A stretch of 64,000 nucleotides of DNA, taken from contig CDROCS010006015.1 in assembly GCA_977020255.1 (NCBI GenBank), positions 1 through 64,000 of the forward strand, read 5' to 3'. Below are positions 37,300-48,897 of the stretch, piece after piece. The position numbers and the translations under genes were made by a program. The stretch's first letter is position 1, and every line of letters begins with the position of its first letter. Source of the DNA: Obrimoposthia wandeli. Its lineage: Eukaryota. Under the pieces are notes generated by a model. That model had not been told where the DNA came from. It saw nothing but the letters and a program-made list of their open reading frames with translations, and ran no database searches.

Positions 37300-39408
37300 A
37301 ACTTTCTCCCCGTTAATTTTAAAACTGCAGACACCACAGAAAAATAAATCTGACTTACCGTAAAATTCACTTTCACTACCGCACTCTATACAACGCTGTT
37401 TAGCTAAATCACCGTCTTTATCCAAAACCTCAACTGATTCTTCAAAATATGAACCGGCATATATCTGTTTGGGTGTCTGGTTACTGGTATCAATACCTGG
37501 TACATCGGTGCTTTTCGATGGATCAGCACCTGGCGTACAGTTATTGACACTAGTCCAAGGAAAACGGCTCCCGCCGCTTTCAGCAAGACCAAAAGACTTA
37601 AAAACCAAAGAAACCCAAAGACCCTAAAATACGGGTAACCTTGTTACTTTTCTTGGTCGTAATGGCAACCTGTCGAGCGAATGCGCGAACAATATTAGTA
37701 ACGTTGTCTTTTTTTTCCACGTCTTTTTTAACTAGTGCCCACTGCTTTTCACGAGTTAATACCGTTAAGCCAGAACCTTCTAGACCTGCAGTTTTCTTCA
37801 CTAATTCTTGGTAGTGATTTTCTGATAATTCGTAATAAAGCTTAACGGGACGATTACGCTGTTTTAGTCTGTGTCCGCCCATCCAATTGAAATAAGATGC
37901 AAAGCAACCCAAGTCAGCAGCAATGCGGATCTTTTCAAATAAGCAGAATTCTTGCGCGGTTTTGATGCGGCGAAGTTCACGCCAGACCGTAACCGATGGC
38001 GTTTTTTGAAATTGGAATTGGCGAAAACGATACGTACGAGACCATGCTGTAACATTGGTCACGCTCTCGGTTAGATCGACAAGTTCTGAATCTAAATCTT
38101 TTTTACCATCGAGCTTATGAGCATCAATATTTTTAGAGATGTATTTAGCGATGTAAGACACCGCATCACCTTTGCTACGATCAACAAGTTCCACTTTAAT
38201 ACGGGCTTTCATTGCTCCTAACTTCGGTAATCCTTCATCGGTAACTAGCTCATCACTGTCACGTTGATGTTGGTAATGCGTTAATCGCTCAGTGAATTCT
38301 TCAACCTGTTTTCAGGCACAAAAAAAACAGCATGCCAATGAGGAGTGCCGTCTACGTGCGGTTCAACCACACGCATACCGTAATAGGTTAGATTGCGTCG
38401 ATCAGCAGAAGAACGAAAACGTTCCCATGAAGTAGATAACCACTCATGCGCCGCTACTGGATAAGCGCCGTTCCAGTTTTCATTCTCAATAAAGAATTTA
38501 CCGCGTTTTTTCAATCGGTGATAACGACCAGGTGCAGTCATGGTAATGAACAACGCAATGTGTCCATTTTCATCTGCGTACTCCTGGCAACCGCGAACAC
38601 GCGCCATTAACTCATTCCTGCGGTTTGCAGGGTTAGACACGGATGCTTCATGCACTGTTTTTAAATCGAGCACTTCACCATCATCACTTTCGATAGCCAT
38701 GCTTTCCATCCAATCCAGCTGTTTTACCTGGCGGTCTTTTAGCCATTGGCAAGCAGCAAACGAGGCGTAAGGGCTAGAATGTGGCGATACCATCCCAGCA
38801 GCACGACGAGCAGATTCAAAGGCAATAGTCACCTTTTGAGTGATAGCATTAAGCCAAACAGCATCATCACAAGCACGAGCAATTAGTCCAAAATAAATAT
38901 CATCATCACAGCTACCTCTTGGCAAAAAATTCGGCATCCATAATGACAGTCCTGTGAACTCGTTAATTTCTTCTAACGCGCCCAGTGGCGATTTACCTGC
39001 TTTTTTTGCAAGTTCTAAATGCAAACGAGCGCGCCCTACTAATTCATCAGCAAGACGGACTCGTTTATATTTAGTATCTATGGCATACCAAGGCTCAGGC
39101 ACCAAGCCCAAGCTAGCCATTACATGACCACTACGATCTTCAATGTATTTAACGGTCAGTTTCAAGCCATATTGTTTTAACTTTCTCGCACCTGTTTTAT
39201 CCAGATAGTTTTTAATATCATAAGGCAAATTCAGCTTAGCCACGATCGAACGCGCGAAAGCAAAGGCGCGATCACGAGCTGGTTCTGTGTTGTATTTATT
39301 TACGTTGTTGTCAACGAAACTCGCTAATTCACAACGCAGGTTATACGGTAGTTTTTTAAGCGGATTTTTGCTGTCTTTAATCGGGGCAAACATCGAAGTC
39401 CTCACCAT
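37292..39408 (-). pseudogene. gpA-type replication protein, copy B, split by indels
   Basis: Fragments 38281-39408, 37598-38212 and 37120-37608 match copy A rep. Confidence 0.85.
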
Positions 39409-39586
39409 ATTGAGATCTAAACTCTTTGACCGTCATTGTTTTAAGCTGACCCGCTTTAACTTTGATACGCTGCATATAATTACGCTTCGTATAGTTTTTA
39501 CGTTCACTGATCACTTCTAGGCTAGCGTAACTTTTTTTGACATTAGCCAAGCCACGACGTCTTTCTTCAATGGTTAATTTATTCAT
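39377..39586 (-). CDS. Small basic protein before rep (copy B)
   Basis: Homolog of 4794-5003. Confidence 0.6.
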   Translation of the reverse strand: MNKLTIEERRRGLANVKKSYASLEVISERKNYTKRNYMQRIKVKAGQLKTMTVKEFRSQYGEDFDVCPD

Positions 39587-39600
39587 AATTTAAATCACCC

Positions 39601-40249
39601 TTAGAACGGTATATCTGGATCAAATGGAAGTAGAGCTTTAGCTGCCACCATGTCTTTATAGCTATCAGTAGCACGTCGTGCTAATTCATATCGGCGGAAC
39701 TGAGAGGGCGGGTAATCCGTCGTGAATAAAAATATAATAAACACATGCCTTCATTTTGGGAGTGTGCATATGACGTAAATTGTCACGCGGATTATCAAAA
39801 TGAGAAAGCCATTCTGAAAGATGAATATTTTCAAGTAATCTAGCAAGACGTAGAAACGGTAAAAACGCCCATGATTCCCGTGGTGATATTGCATATTTAG
39901 ATCTATACATACAGTCCATATGTGCTGCATATATAGCTTTTACCTCTGGTTCAGTTCTTATAACCTTGGTATTGCCATAAAACGCCATATCTTCAAATTT
40001 AAAGAGGTAACTACCGTTCTTATCATCAAAACTAAAACAGCTAATAAAGTCTTTTAAAAGACATTTAAAATCATTTTCTGGAATATATTCATAGTGGTTA
40101 GCAGCTAGCTTTAGAACTATTTCATGCAGATATTCAGTGAGTTCTTCACATGGGTAACCGTCAATAATTGAACCTGCAAATTGCTCAAAAATATCAATCA
40201 TTTCTTGCTCGTTAATTTCATGTCTAACAATCATCGCTAATTTATTCAT
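39601..40249 (-). pseudogene. Homolog of 5018-5671 with indels; N-terminal half diverged
   Basis: The DPDIPF-encoding 3' end is identical; frameshifts near 39730-39870. Confidence 0.7.
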
Positions 40250-40484
40250 ACCTCTGCGAACTCCTGTATATCTAATACGATGTAAATTCAATAACCACCC
40301 GCATTTTTAAGACTACGAAGTACGCCGCGGTAAAGTTGGCGGCAACCCAATAGATGACACGCATTTTTTCAACTGCATCGGCTTTACTGTCGTGATCACC
40401 GATTTCAACAGTTTGAGGCTCGTTAGTTTTAGGTTCACGAATTGTGCCGCCACTTGGACAAATCTTTATTGCGACAAATTTCAT
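40246..40484 (-). pseudogene. Homolog of 5668-5895 with indels
   Basis: Same N-terminal 39 aa, then shifted. Confidence 0.65.
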
Positions 40485-40798
40485 GCTGCCACCGCTGTTG
40501 AAACTGGCGTTGCCATTAATGCTAATATTTTACTTTTGGCATTAAGCACAGCCTCTAGCGGTGTCTTTTTGTTGTCATCAAGTAAGGATGCCTTGCCATC
40601 TAACCTAATGTATTTACTGAAAAGAACGGCGTCTTTTAAGCCTTGGGTCGTCATACGTCCAATATAAATATTTGACCGAAGAACATGTATAAAAATCGAA
40701 TCACTCATACCGTGATATTCAACCGCGACATCCATTGCATCGGGTCTAGACATCGCAATAAACATAATCTCATTAATAACGCTTTGAACTGTTTGCAT
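40481..40798 (-). CDS. Phage hypothetical protein (copy B)
   Basis: Homolog of 5892-6209. Confidence 0.75.
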   Translation of the reverse strand: MQTVQSVINEIMFIAMSRPDAMDVAVEYHGMSDSIFIHVLRSNIYIGRMTTQGLKDAVLFSKYIRLDGKASLLDDNKKTPLEAVLNAKSKILALMATPVSTAVAA

Positions 40799-41064
40799 AA
40801 TATTCCCTTTTTTAATTCCTCAGCCCAAAATTCTTCAAGTTCATTGTTATCAAAAAAACGAACGCCTATGAGTGGTTCTTTAGGATAAGATTGACCGCAA
40901 CCACCGTCATATTCGTAATACAAAATTTTTCCTTTACGGCCTATGTGTTCTTCGGGCATATCATCTTGAACACCAACGACTAACACGATGTTATGAATTG
41001 CGAACGGTGCTCCATCTATGTTTCTACGTTGCGGTGCAGCACCTAATACCTGTTCTAATGTCAT
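40705..41064 (-). CDS. Phage hypothetical protein (copy B), C-terminally extended by stop loss
   Basis: Homolog of 6206-6475; the TGA is lost because the next gene starts ATGCAA. Confidence 0.65.
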   Translation of the reverse strand: MTLEQVLGAAPQRRNIDGAPFAIHNIVLVVGVQDDMPEEHIGRKGKILYYEYDGGCGQSYPKEPLIGVRFFDNNELEEFWAEELKKGILCKQFKALLMRLCLLRCLDPMQWMSRLNITV

Positions 41065-41073
41065 TAAATCTCC

Positions 41074-41596
41074 TTACATGCCTGGCATTGGTATGCCGCT
41101 AAGTACCGTATCGGCGAACATAGAAACGAACGGCGACTATACACCACCACAACGGTTTTCAACGCGTCAGATATAAGAAAAGACCAATTCACGGATTGTT
41201 GACTGTGCCTTGGTAACAATTGCGTCTTTTATATAGCGTCAGTCTGCTATCAGATTCTGCCTCTATTACGTGATTACAAATATCACCAGCCTGCCCCGCA
41301 ACACTCATCGCGCTCATTGCTAATGGTTTCGTTCCACCCGCCTTTGGTAGGCGAACAGCTACGAGTCCAATTTCTAAAATCGCACTGTTGATAATGTCGT
41401 GGTTGTCAGTGGCCTTAGTTATTTTGATTAACTCTGTAACCGTTAGTTGGTGTGGTTGATTTGGGTTTAACTTATTGCGAAGCATCTGACCACGCATACC
41501 ACAGTCGTTTGCTATTGACTCTACGTTTTCAATATCCGCAAAACGGATGCAAGCCGCGTCAATTACGGTTTGTTTGCTATCATTAATTTTATACAT
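41074..41596 (-). pseudogene. cII: CII (copy B), apparent 3' frameshifts
   Basis: Homolog of 6485-7003; synonymous divergence in the 5' half, indels in the 3' part. Confidence 0.75.
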
Positions 41597-41745
41597 TGAA
41601 CAAATATCCCTATTTGCGATGATTGAGTTGGCGCAGTGACGACCGCGTTTAAAAAGGTAACCGATAAGAACCAGCTCAATGGCACTAGGCACAAGCAAAC
41701 ATAATTCTTGTCGGTATTTGTGAATGAAATTGATGAACGGCATGC

Positions 41746-41946
41746 TTAATGTTCCTGTTCATCAGCTTGTTTAAATAGTGCGACCATGTTGATTAACACT
41801 GTCGCGTTTTTAGAACGCTTTGGCATGATTGGGATCTCGCCACGCGCAATGAAGGTATCGATCACACGTACTGACATGCCCGTGATATCCGAATAGACCT
41901 TTCTTGTTACGTACGGCGAGTCAATTTGTAGAACTGTATTAGCCAT
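41746..41946 (-). CDS. cox: Cox/Apl (copy B)
   Basis: One amino-acid change versus copy A, many synonymous changes. Confidence 0.8.
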   Translation of the reverse strand: MANTVLQIDSPYVTRKVYSDITGMSVRVIDTFIARGEIPIMPKRSKNATVLINMVALFKQADEQEH

Positions 41947-42150
41947 GTAATTCCCCTTATAAATAGATAAATGTTTAAATAATCACAGTAACCTCGATGA
42001 TTTCACCCATCATTACTGATATTATTATCGGTTAACTAAATGCGGTTAAATGCAACCATTTAACTGATATCAGTATTATTGATCACATATCTAAACACGT
42101 CAATGAATATGTTTAGATATCTGATCACAAAATAGATGGGTGATTAGGAT

Positions 42151-43125
42151 ATGAAACAGTTCTCGGAGTGTGAAACACAAGATTTCCCACATAGATTAAA
42201 AGAAATAATTGGTAATGAATCTATAAGGAAATTCTCAGTACGCTGCGGATTGAGTCCAGCGACAATATCAAACTATGTAAATGGTCAGCATGGTCATCTT
42301 TAGAAAATATTGAGATCATAGCCAGAGTGGCAAATGTTGACATTGCGTGGCTTGCAACCGGAATTACTGCTCAGAATAATGATCACCCTTTAATGTCTAA
42401 AAATACAAATTCACAGAATGTGCACACTGATTTCGGGGAGCGTCTAAAAGAAGTGATAGGCACAACTTCGATTAAATCTTTTTCAACAGAGTCAGGGTTA
42501 GGTACAACAACTCTTCAGAGTTATATGAAAGGAGCTAGTTATCAACCCTAGATAGATTGAATTTAATTGCTGCAACCGCAAAGTAGATGGCATAAATTGG
42601 TTGCTCACTGGTGGCAGGTGATGTAAATACCGAACACTCTAATGCCTCGAAATACATAAAGATCCCACACTTTGATGTTCAAGCCTCAGCGAACTGGGTT
42701 TCTGGGCTGGTCGAAAGCGGCATAAGCAAGAATACAGTGGACATACATCCACAAACCTTATTAGACCAGGGCTTGAATCCAGAAGGCTTATTGTCTATGT
42801 ACGTTAAGGGTGACTCGATGGAACCGTCTTTGTTTGATGGGGATATGATTTTAGTTAAGAAAATGATCAGTCCGTTTAGCATTCTTGAAGGCGTGTATAT
42901 CTTTGCGCGTGTTTAACTTGAGATATTCATTAAGCGTATACAATTCAACAAATACAGTGCGAAGCTAAAAGTTGATAGGTGACAATCCCTTTTATGATTC
43001 ATACACCATTACAGGCAATGACCTTAACGATGTTGAAATTATCGGTGAGAAGTGATCTGTACTATTTTCAGTAAGGTCAGACGAATAGTTCGACATCAAC
43101 CGATGAGTCAGTAGCGGTAAATTAG
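42151..43125 (+). pseudogene. cI: Double-HTH S24 repressor (copy B) with many indels
   Basis: Aligns to 7552-8517; scattered raw-read-like errors. Confidence 0.8.
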
Positions 43126-43248
43126 GTAATGCGGGATTTAGTAGGCTTAATTAGTCCCTGAAGATTTTGAAATTATCGGTGAAGTTATTTGGTCTGGGCA
43201 GAGAATGTAAGAATATAAGCAGCTGTGCTCAGCAGCTGCTTATATTAG

Positions 43249-44880
43249 TTAAGAAGCCATCGCTACTTCATTTTGTTTCGCAATAGCCAAAGACTCTCTA
43301 TATTCGGCAGCGTCAGCTTTCATGGTCCAATGCACCTCTTCAATACCTTGCTGGTCAACTGCTTGTTTGATTGCAGCAAGTGACACATTGAAAAATTCTT
43401 TTCTGAAGTTAATTTTGTTCACTGAATCTAACTTGAATTTTTCATGCAACTTTTTTTCCAACTTAGGTGCATCTTCGCTGTAAAGCATTGCGTGAACATC
43501 AAATGAGAATGGCACTGAAGCATCACCAAGTTCTTTTACCCGGTCCATAGGCTCTAATCGACGAGTCATGCCAATTTTAAATACTTCCTCACCAAAGCTA
43601 CCAATATTACTAATCACGTAAACATGACCACGACGCGTTTGCTGTGCCATAGACATTGCACGTACACCTCGTTCGCTAGCTTCAGCAAGTTTACCTTCTA
43701 GTTCTGCTAACTTGGCTTCAAACTCTAAGCGTTGATCATCATTAGCACCAGCCAACTCTGCACGTGCTTTTTCAAGTGTTTTTTGGATAAGTGCTTCTTC
43801 TTTTTGAGCTGCTTTAATCGCTTTATCCATTTCTCGTTGGGCTTTTTCTTCTTCACGAATTTGCTGTTTAATCTCTCTTTGCTCTTCAAGCTCAATTTGA
43901 CGAAGCTCATAAGTAGCAACAGCCCATTTCAATTCATCAAGTCGAGCATCTAAGAAATCTTGATTAATACGTGCATCTCTAAATGACTTACCGTTGTGAT
44001 TAACAAGTGCAAAAGCATCTATAATTTCTTGTTTTATTTTACCGTAGTTATCAACTTTGACTTTGGCTAATGCAGAGTCTACCTTTCCATTGAAAGCATC
44101 TACAACAAAGTGCTCTGCATACAACTTCCTTTGCTTTTCGACATAATCACAAGTACCTGCCATACTTTGCTTAACCAGAGATTTAACTAAAGCCCTGGTC
44201 TTCTTAAGCTCTTCCCCAGCTTCTTTATGACTAAATTCATCGGCCAAATCATCAAGAACTGAATGATTCGGAATGATGTAATCATCTCGATAACCTTCAA
44301 TGGTATTTTTCATTGCTTTGATAGCTTTAGCATAAGTATCAGCTTTTTCTTTTGCTTCATAAGCATCACCAGCAATTTCTTGTGCTTGTGTTTTAGCGGA
44401 AGTAACAACCCTATCGGCTTCAGTTCGAGCACTTTCAATTATGGTTAATGCTTTTTCATTTGCGCCATTAATCTTCAAATTTGCTTTAGCAGTTAGCTCT
44501 TTAGCTGCTGTTTTTTCTGCACTAATTTCACTATAGGCTTCAGATTTTTCAGTACTTATCTTTCGTTCAGCATTATTGATTTTATTTCTTAATTTATCTT
44601 CTTCAGCATTGATGTATGTTTTTGACTTAGCGAGATCTTGCTGTATCCCTAAATTAGACTTTTCAATTTCCTGCTTAATATGTTCTTCTATATCAATAAT
44701 ATTCCCATACTTACACGTTATAATTTCAACTTCAGATTTGTATTTTTCTAACTCCGCTTCTGTATCATGAATAATTTCATTCAACTTTTTCTTTGTCATT
44801 CGCCCAGTAATAAATAATATTATTGGTAATAGGATCAAACAAGAAATAAATATAATCGCACCCAATGCACCGTCTTCCAT
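43249..44880 (-). CDS. DUF4041/T5orf172-like membrane protein (copy B allele)
   Basis: Intact 543 aa; diverged from copy A. Confidence 0.85.
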   Translation of the reverse strand: MEDGALGAIIFISCLILLPIILFITGRMTKKKLNEIIHDTEAELEKYKSEVEIITCKYGNIIDIEEHIKQEIEKSNLGIQQDLAKSKTYINAEEDKLRNKINNAERKISTEKSEAYSEISAEKTAAKELTAKANLKINGANEKALTIIESARTEADRVVTSAKTQAQEIAGDAYEAKEKADTYAKAIKAMKNTIEGYRDDYIIPNHSVLDDLADEFSHKEAGEELKKTRALVKSLVKQSMAGTCDYVEKQRKLYAEHFVVDAFNGKVDSALAKVKVDNYGKIKQEIIDAFALVNHNGKSFRDARINQDFLDARLDELKWAVATYELRQIELEEQREIKQQIREEEKAQREMDKAIKAAQKEEALIQKTLEKARAELAGANDDQRLEFEAKLAELEGKLAEASERGVRAMSMAQQTRRGHVYVISNIGSFGEEVFKIGMTRRLEPMDRVKELGDASVPFSFDVHAMLYSEDAPKLEKKLHEKFKLDSVNKINFRKEFFNVSLAAIKQAVDQQGIEEVHWTMKADAAEYRESLAIAKQNEVAMAS

Positions 44881-44951
44881 AGCAACCTTCTAAAATTAAA
44901 ATGTAAAAATATAACTGCAAGTAGTATTACTTCAAACAGCAGTTTCGTAAT

Positions 44952-45212
44952 CTATAAACCCTTCCACGTAACGTAAGTTTTATTTGCAAAGAAAAGAGTG
45001 AACACAGTTAGCACGACAGGCATTAGCCAGCGAACGAGCAATAGTGGTGCTATCGCTTCGGCTACATACCCTGAAGGACTAGCACTTAAACACCAGTTAA
45101 TTGACAACATAGTAAGCACTGCCATCACCAGTGTAATAATGAGACCTACAGGCCAAAACCATCCCGTTACTTCATAAAGCTGTTCTATGATCTGTTCTTT
45201 TTTTCTCGCCAT
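44952..45212 (-). CDS. Small 2-TM protein (copy B)
   Basis: Identical to 10337-10597. Confidence 0.7.
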   Translation of the reverse strand: MARKKEQIIEQLYEVTGWFWPVGLIITLVMAVLTMLSINWCLSASPSGYVAEAIAPLLLVRWLMPVVLTVFTLFFANKTYVTWKGL

Positions 45213-45373
45213 TTAATATCCTTATGGGATAGCTATTTGTGGTTAGGGTATAACTATACCCAGATTTATAGCGTTGATTAGTGACATTAATTACATAATG
45301 AGGGAATTTTTTGAGTAGGTATAAAAAAGCCTCCGTGTGGAGGCTCTGACTTATGAATTAGACGGCTAATTAC

Positions 45374-45847
45374 CTACTGAATAACCCACAAAACTATTTC
45401 TATTAATGCATACATACTTAAAGCAGAACAAAAAACACCAGCTAATGTATATCTATTTATATAAAAAATAGCATATTTACTTTGTACTTTTTCATGAAAG
45501 CAAGTGTCTATGTGTTCAACAGCATCGTAGCATCGGTTTGTTAAATCCGTCTGAGAACTCTCTACATCAAATGTAAAAATAGCACTTATAGGTTTACTTT
45601 TAACTGAAACAATCTCCGTATCAACAAGTGAGTTAAACTCTTTTATCTTATTCTCAATACGAGCAAATTTATGTGAAAATGTTGTTTCCTTTACTAAGGT
45701 CCCCAACATCCTCTTTATACTCTTTAATTAAGCTATATATCTCATCAATAATGGCTTCTTTTGTATTATATAATGCCGTTCTTTTTAAAGTATTTATATG
45801 AATGAATACTGCCAACAGCCAACTCATAGCATAAGTGCGTAGCTCAT
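45374..45847 (-). pseudogene. 2-TM effector-like gene (copy B), frameshifted
   Basis: Extra C in a C-run near 45700 and a deletion near the start. Confidence 0.65.
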
Positions 45848-46197
45848 TACAGCCTCGCAAGTCGATCAGCTTCAGCCTCTCTGATACGCTCATCAATAAT
45901 AGTAATTACAGATGTTAAGTGATCATGTTTATAAATAAGTTTTTCATCCAATTCAGCTTTAATGAATCCAGATTTCCTAATCAATGCTCCAAACCCTTCA
46001 TCAAGGAACGAGCGACCGTAACGATTATATCCAGTTAAATCTACAGTCACCTGGTCATATTCACGTAAATCAACAGCTAGCATGTCCTCTCGAAATGTTT
46101 GCCCTGAAGTCTCAGGACAAGTAGTGCAGTCATCTCTGTATCTGCCATATGGCTTCGCATGAAAATCTTCAACAAGCAAAATTGTTTTATTATTCAC
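45847..46197 (-). CDS. STAS-like protein (copy B)
   Basis: Identical to 11232-11582. Confidence 0.8.
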   Translation of the reverse strand: MNNKTILLVEDFHAKPYGRYRDDCTTCPETSGQTFREDMLAVDLREYDQVTVDLTGYNRYGRSFLDEGFGALIRKSGFIKAELDEKLIYKHDHLTSVITIIDERIREAEADRLARL

Positions 46198-46198
46198 T

Positions 46199-47312
46199 TT
46201 AAATACTCCACTGAATCAATGTTCCTTGAATTTTATATTCTGGATTAGATAGATTACTTTCATTATCGCTCTGTTCATTAGTATAACGATAAAAGCCGTA
46301 ATTACTAAACATAAGCAAAAAGCTTCGTTCATCTCCTTCTGATATCAAAGCCTTAATACTCTTACTACCTTGCCCATGACCTGCAACGTCGGTTGATGTT
46401 GTATTTTTATGCATTGCAGCACGAATGAATTGGCCATCGCTTAAACTTTTTCGTAACACTTTAACTTTAACTAATTCAGCCCATTTTTTGAAAACTGAAT
46501 CATCACGAATTGAATCTTTAATGCTTCCATTAAACGCATCTGGATAAAGTGCGTTAATTCTAGAAAGAATAACTTCGTTGTTCTCTGATAGTGAATCAGG
46601 AATGCCGACACCAGCATCATAAATGACAATAAAAAGGTTATCCCCTAATCTATCACAACAAAACCACCACTTTTTATTTTCGTGTAATTCTTCATCAGGA
46701 TACGCATGTCGTCCTACATTATCAAAAAGTTTCGGTTATTGCAGAGCTTATTTGCTCTTTTTCTGCTGACGCCCCTGGGAAGTAGGAATCTAAGATGTAA
46801 TCAACGATTAGTTCCTTCAATTCTGAAACTCGAGCATTATCGCCCATGATGACCGGTAGTGTGGTCGTATCTTTAATGCTAGTTTCTCTTTTTTCTGCCG
46901 TGAGGAATAGCCCTGAACCTTTAATAGTACCGTTGACTTCTTTTGACTTTTTAGACCAGATAATACCAATTTTAGTGTTCACATTATGAATATTTCGAAC
47001 CTGATCAATGATTGAATATATGACAAGAACAGGCATCGCTTTTAATATTTTGGTTTGACTAAATGATATGTAAATCGATTCTGGATTTCTCGCTAGCGCA
47101 GCTTTTAATTTTTCAAAGAATTCATAGCATGAAAAATTTTCTCCCTGCATTAAATCAACACAAGTTGGAGCATCCACAATTTCAGCACCAAAACGCTGTT
47201 TGTTTTTCTCTTTTATTCGTGTTTGATAATTTAATGAACTAGCTTCTCTTTTTTGCTCTCTTAACTTTATTAAATTACGCTTTCTAGAATTTAACTGTTC
47301 AAACTTTCTCAT
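46199..47312 (-). pseudogene. GHKL kinase/ATPase (copy B), frameshifted near 46725-46755
   Basis: Extra A in ATCAAAAAG and a 3-bp loss versus copy A. Confidence 0.7.
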
Positions 47313-47594
47313 TAAAAATTTCCAATATTGATAGTTTATCTAGAATAAATGGAGCGATAAAAATTAATTAAAGCATTTGATATAAATCTAATTGATAGTT
47401 AATAACGTCCATTGTTATAAGTGATCTAGTATATCAACAATTTAACACGGTTCAATGCAATTCGGTGCAGCTCAATCATCCTGTAGTGTATAGAAAGTTT
47501 TATTTAGGTGGGAGGCATTCTCACACAGCTTGTAAAGACCCATGTTTATTCACTTGCGATCAAACATAGCTTACTTTGATAACATGCATTATAA

Positions 47595-47610
47595 CTGTAT
47601 ATAAAAACAG
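47595..47610. promoter_or_regulatory. LexA box upstream of int (copy B)
   Basis: CTGTATATAAAAACAG. Confidence 0.85.
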
Positions 47611-47667
47611 TGCTTGTGACTTATAATCTCAGACACATCTTTTTTACACGTTATAGGATCACCCACC

Positions 47668-48726
47668 ATGTCTGTTCGCAATCTCAAAGATGGCAACAAA
47701 AAACCTTGGCTATGCGAATGTTATCCCAACGGCACCGCTGGTCGTCGTATTCGGAAACGCTTTGCCACAAAAAGTGAGGCAACGGCTTTTGAGCATCACA
47801 CAATAAAAGAAACCGAAAAGAAACCATGGTTGGGAACAAAAAAAGATAAACGGCATTTACTTGAATTGATAGACTTGTGGCACAAGCTACACGGCAAAAA
47901 CTTAAAAAGTGGGGACCAATCCTATAACAGACTGCAAGTCATCTGTGAGCAGCTAAATAACCCCGTTGCCGCTGAGTTAACAGCTAATGATTACGTTCAT
48001 TACCGTGCAACGCGCTTATCTGTTCGTAATAGCGAAGAGTCATTAGCGAAATCAACTCATAATTATGAAATCACAATATTGAATACCGTTTTCAATGAAC
48101 TGATTAAAATGGATGAATGGAAACTACCAAACCCGTTTATCAAACTAAAGAAGTTTAAACTTGAAGAAAAGCCACCTTCCTTTTTAAATGATAAACAGAT
48201 AGATTTATTGCTAGAGGATATAAATCCAACCCCGCTCGATGTCGATATTGACCGGGTAATTAAAATTTGTTTATCAACCGGCAGTCGAGTGATGGAAGCC
48301 GTGAATTTAAATGTAACTCAATTATCAAAATACAAGATCACTTTTACCAACACGAAAGGCAAGCGCAACAGAACGGTACCTATATCAAAATCTCTATATG
48401 ACGAAATATACAGTGATGCTGCAGGGCAATTGTTTTCATGCACTTATAATGATATTAGGGATAGGATAAGAAGTAGCATAGATGAATTGCCAAAAGGACA
48501 AGCCACTCACATATTGCGGCATACATTTGCAAGTCATTTTATGATGAATGGGGGGAATATCTTAGTATTACAACAAATTTTAGGCCATACTAATATTAAG
48601 CAGACAATGGCATATTCTCATTTTGCACCGTCACATTTAAATGACGCTATATTACTTAACCCTCTTGATATGAGGAGAAAAAGTGGCGGCCAGCAAATTC
48701 AATCGCCACTTAATCGCCACAAATAA
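47668..48726 (+). CDS. int: Tyrosine integrase (copy B)
   Basis: Intact 352 aa with catalytic motifs. Confidence 0.95.
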   Translation: MSVRNLKDGNKKPWLCECYPNGTAGRRIRKRFATKSEATAFEHHTIKETEKKPWLGTKKDKRHLLELIDLWHKLHGKNLKSGDQSYNRLQVICEQLNNPVAAELTANDYVHYRATRLSVRNSEESLAKSTHNYEITILNTVFNELIKMDEWKLPNPFIKLKKFKLEEKPPSFLNDKQIDLLLEDINPTPLDVDIDRVIKICLSTGSRVMEAVNLNVTQLSKYKITFTNTKGKRNRTVPISKSLYDEIYSDAAGQLFSCTYNDIRDRIRSSIDELPKGQATHILRHTFASHFMMNGGNILVLQQILGHTNIKQTMAYSHFAPSHLNDAILLNPLDMRRKSGGQQIQSPLNRHK

Positions 48727-48805
48727 AACAATTAAATGTAAGTAATTGATTTAAAAGGCGTTAACTCGTAAGTAATTCATAGGTAAAATATTACCTATAC
48801 TTTAA
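48704..48805. repeat. Prophage-host junction att site (one arm plus core)
   Basis: Arm repeat 48704-48718 and core 48779-48798; identity with copy A ends about 48804. Confidence 0.85.
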
Positions 48806-48897
48806 ATTAGTCATCCAGTACTTTAGTTAATAGGCATAATAACCCAGTGATTAATCAAAAGTACGCTGGATCAACATCATAAGTTGCAGGGACGCAT

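Larger units (their letters stand above)
14165..48805. mobile_element. Complete att-to-att P2/HP1/K139-like prophage unit (about 34.6 kb)
   Basis: Bounded by the direct repeat ATAGGTAAAATATTACCTAT at 14165 and 48779. Contains the full tail, lysis, head, packaging, replication, immunity and integrase gene set. Confidence 0.9.
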
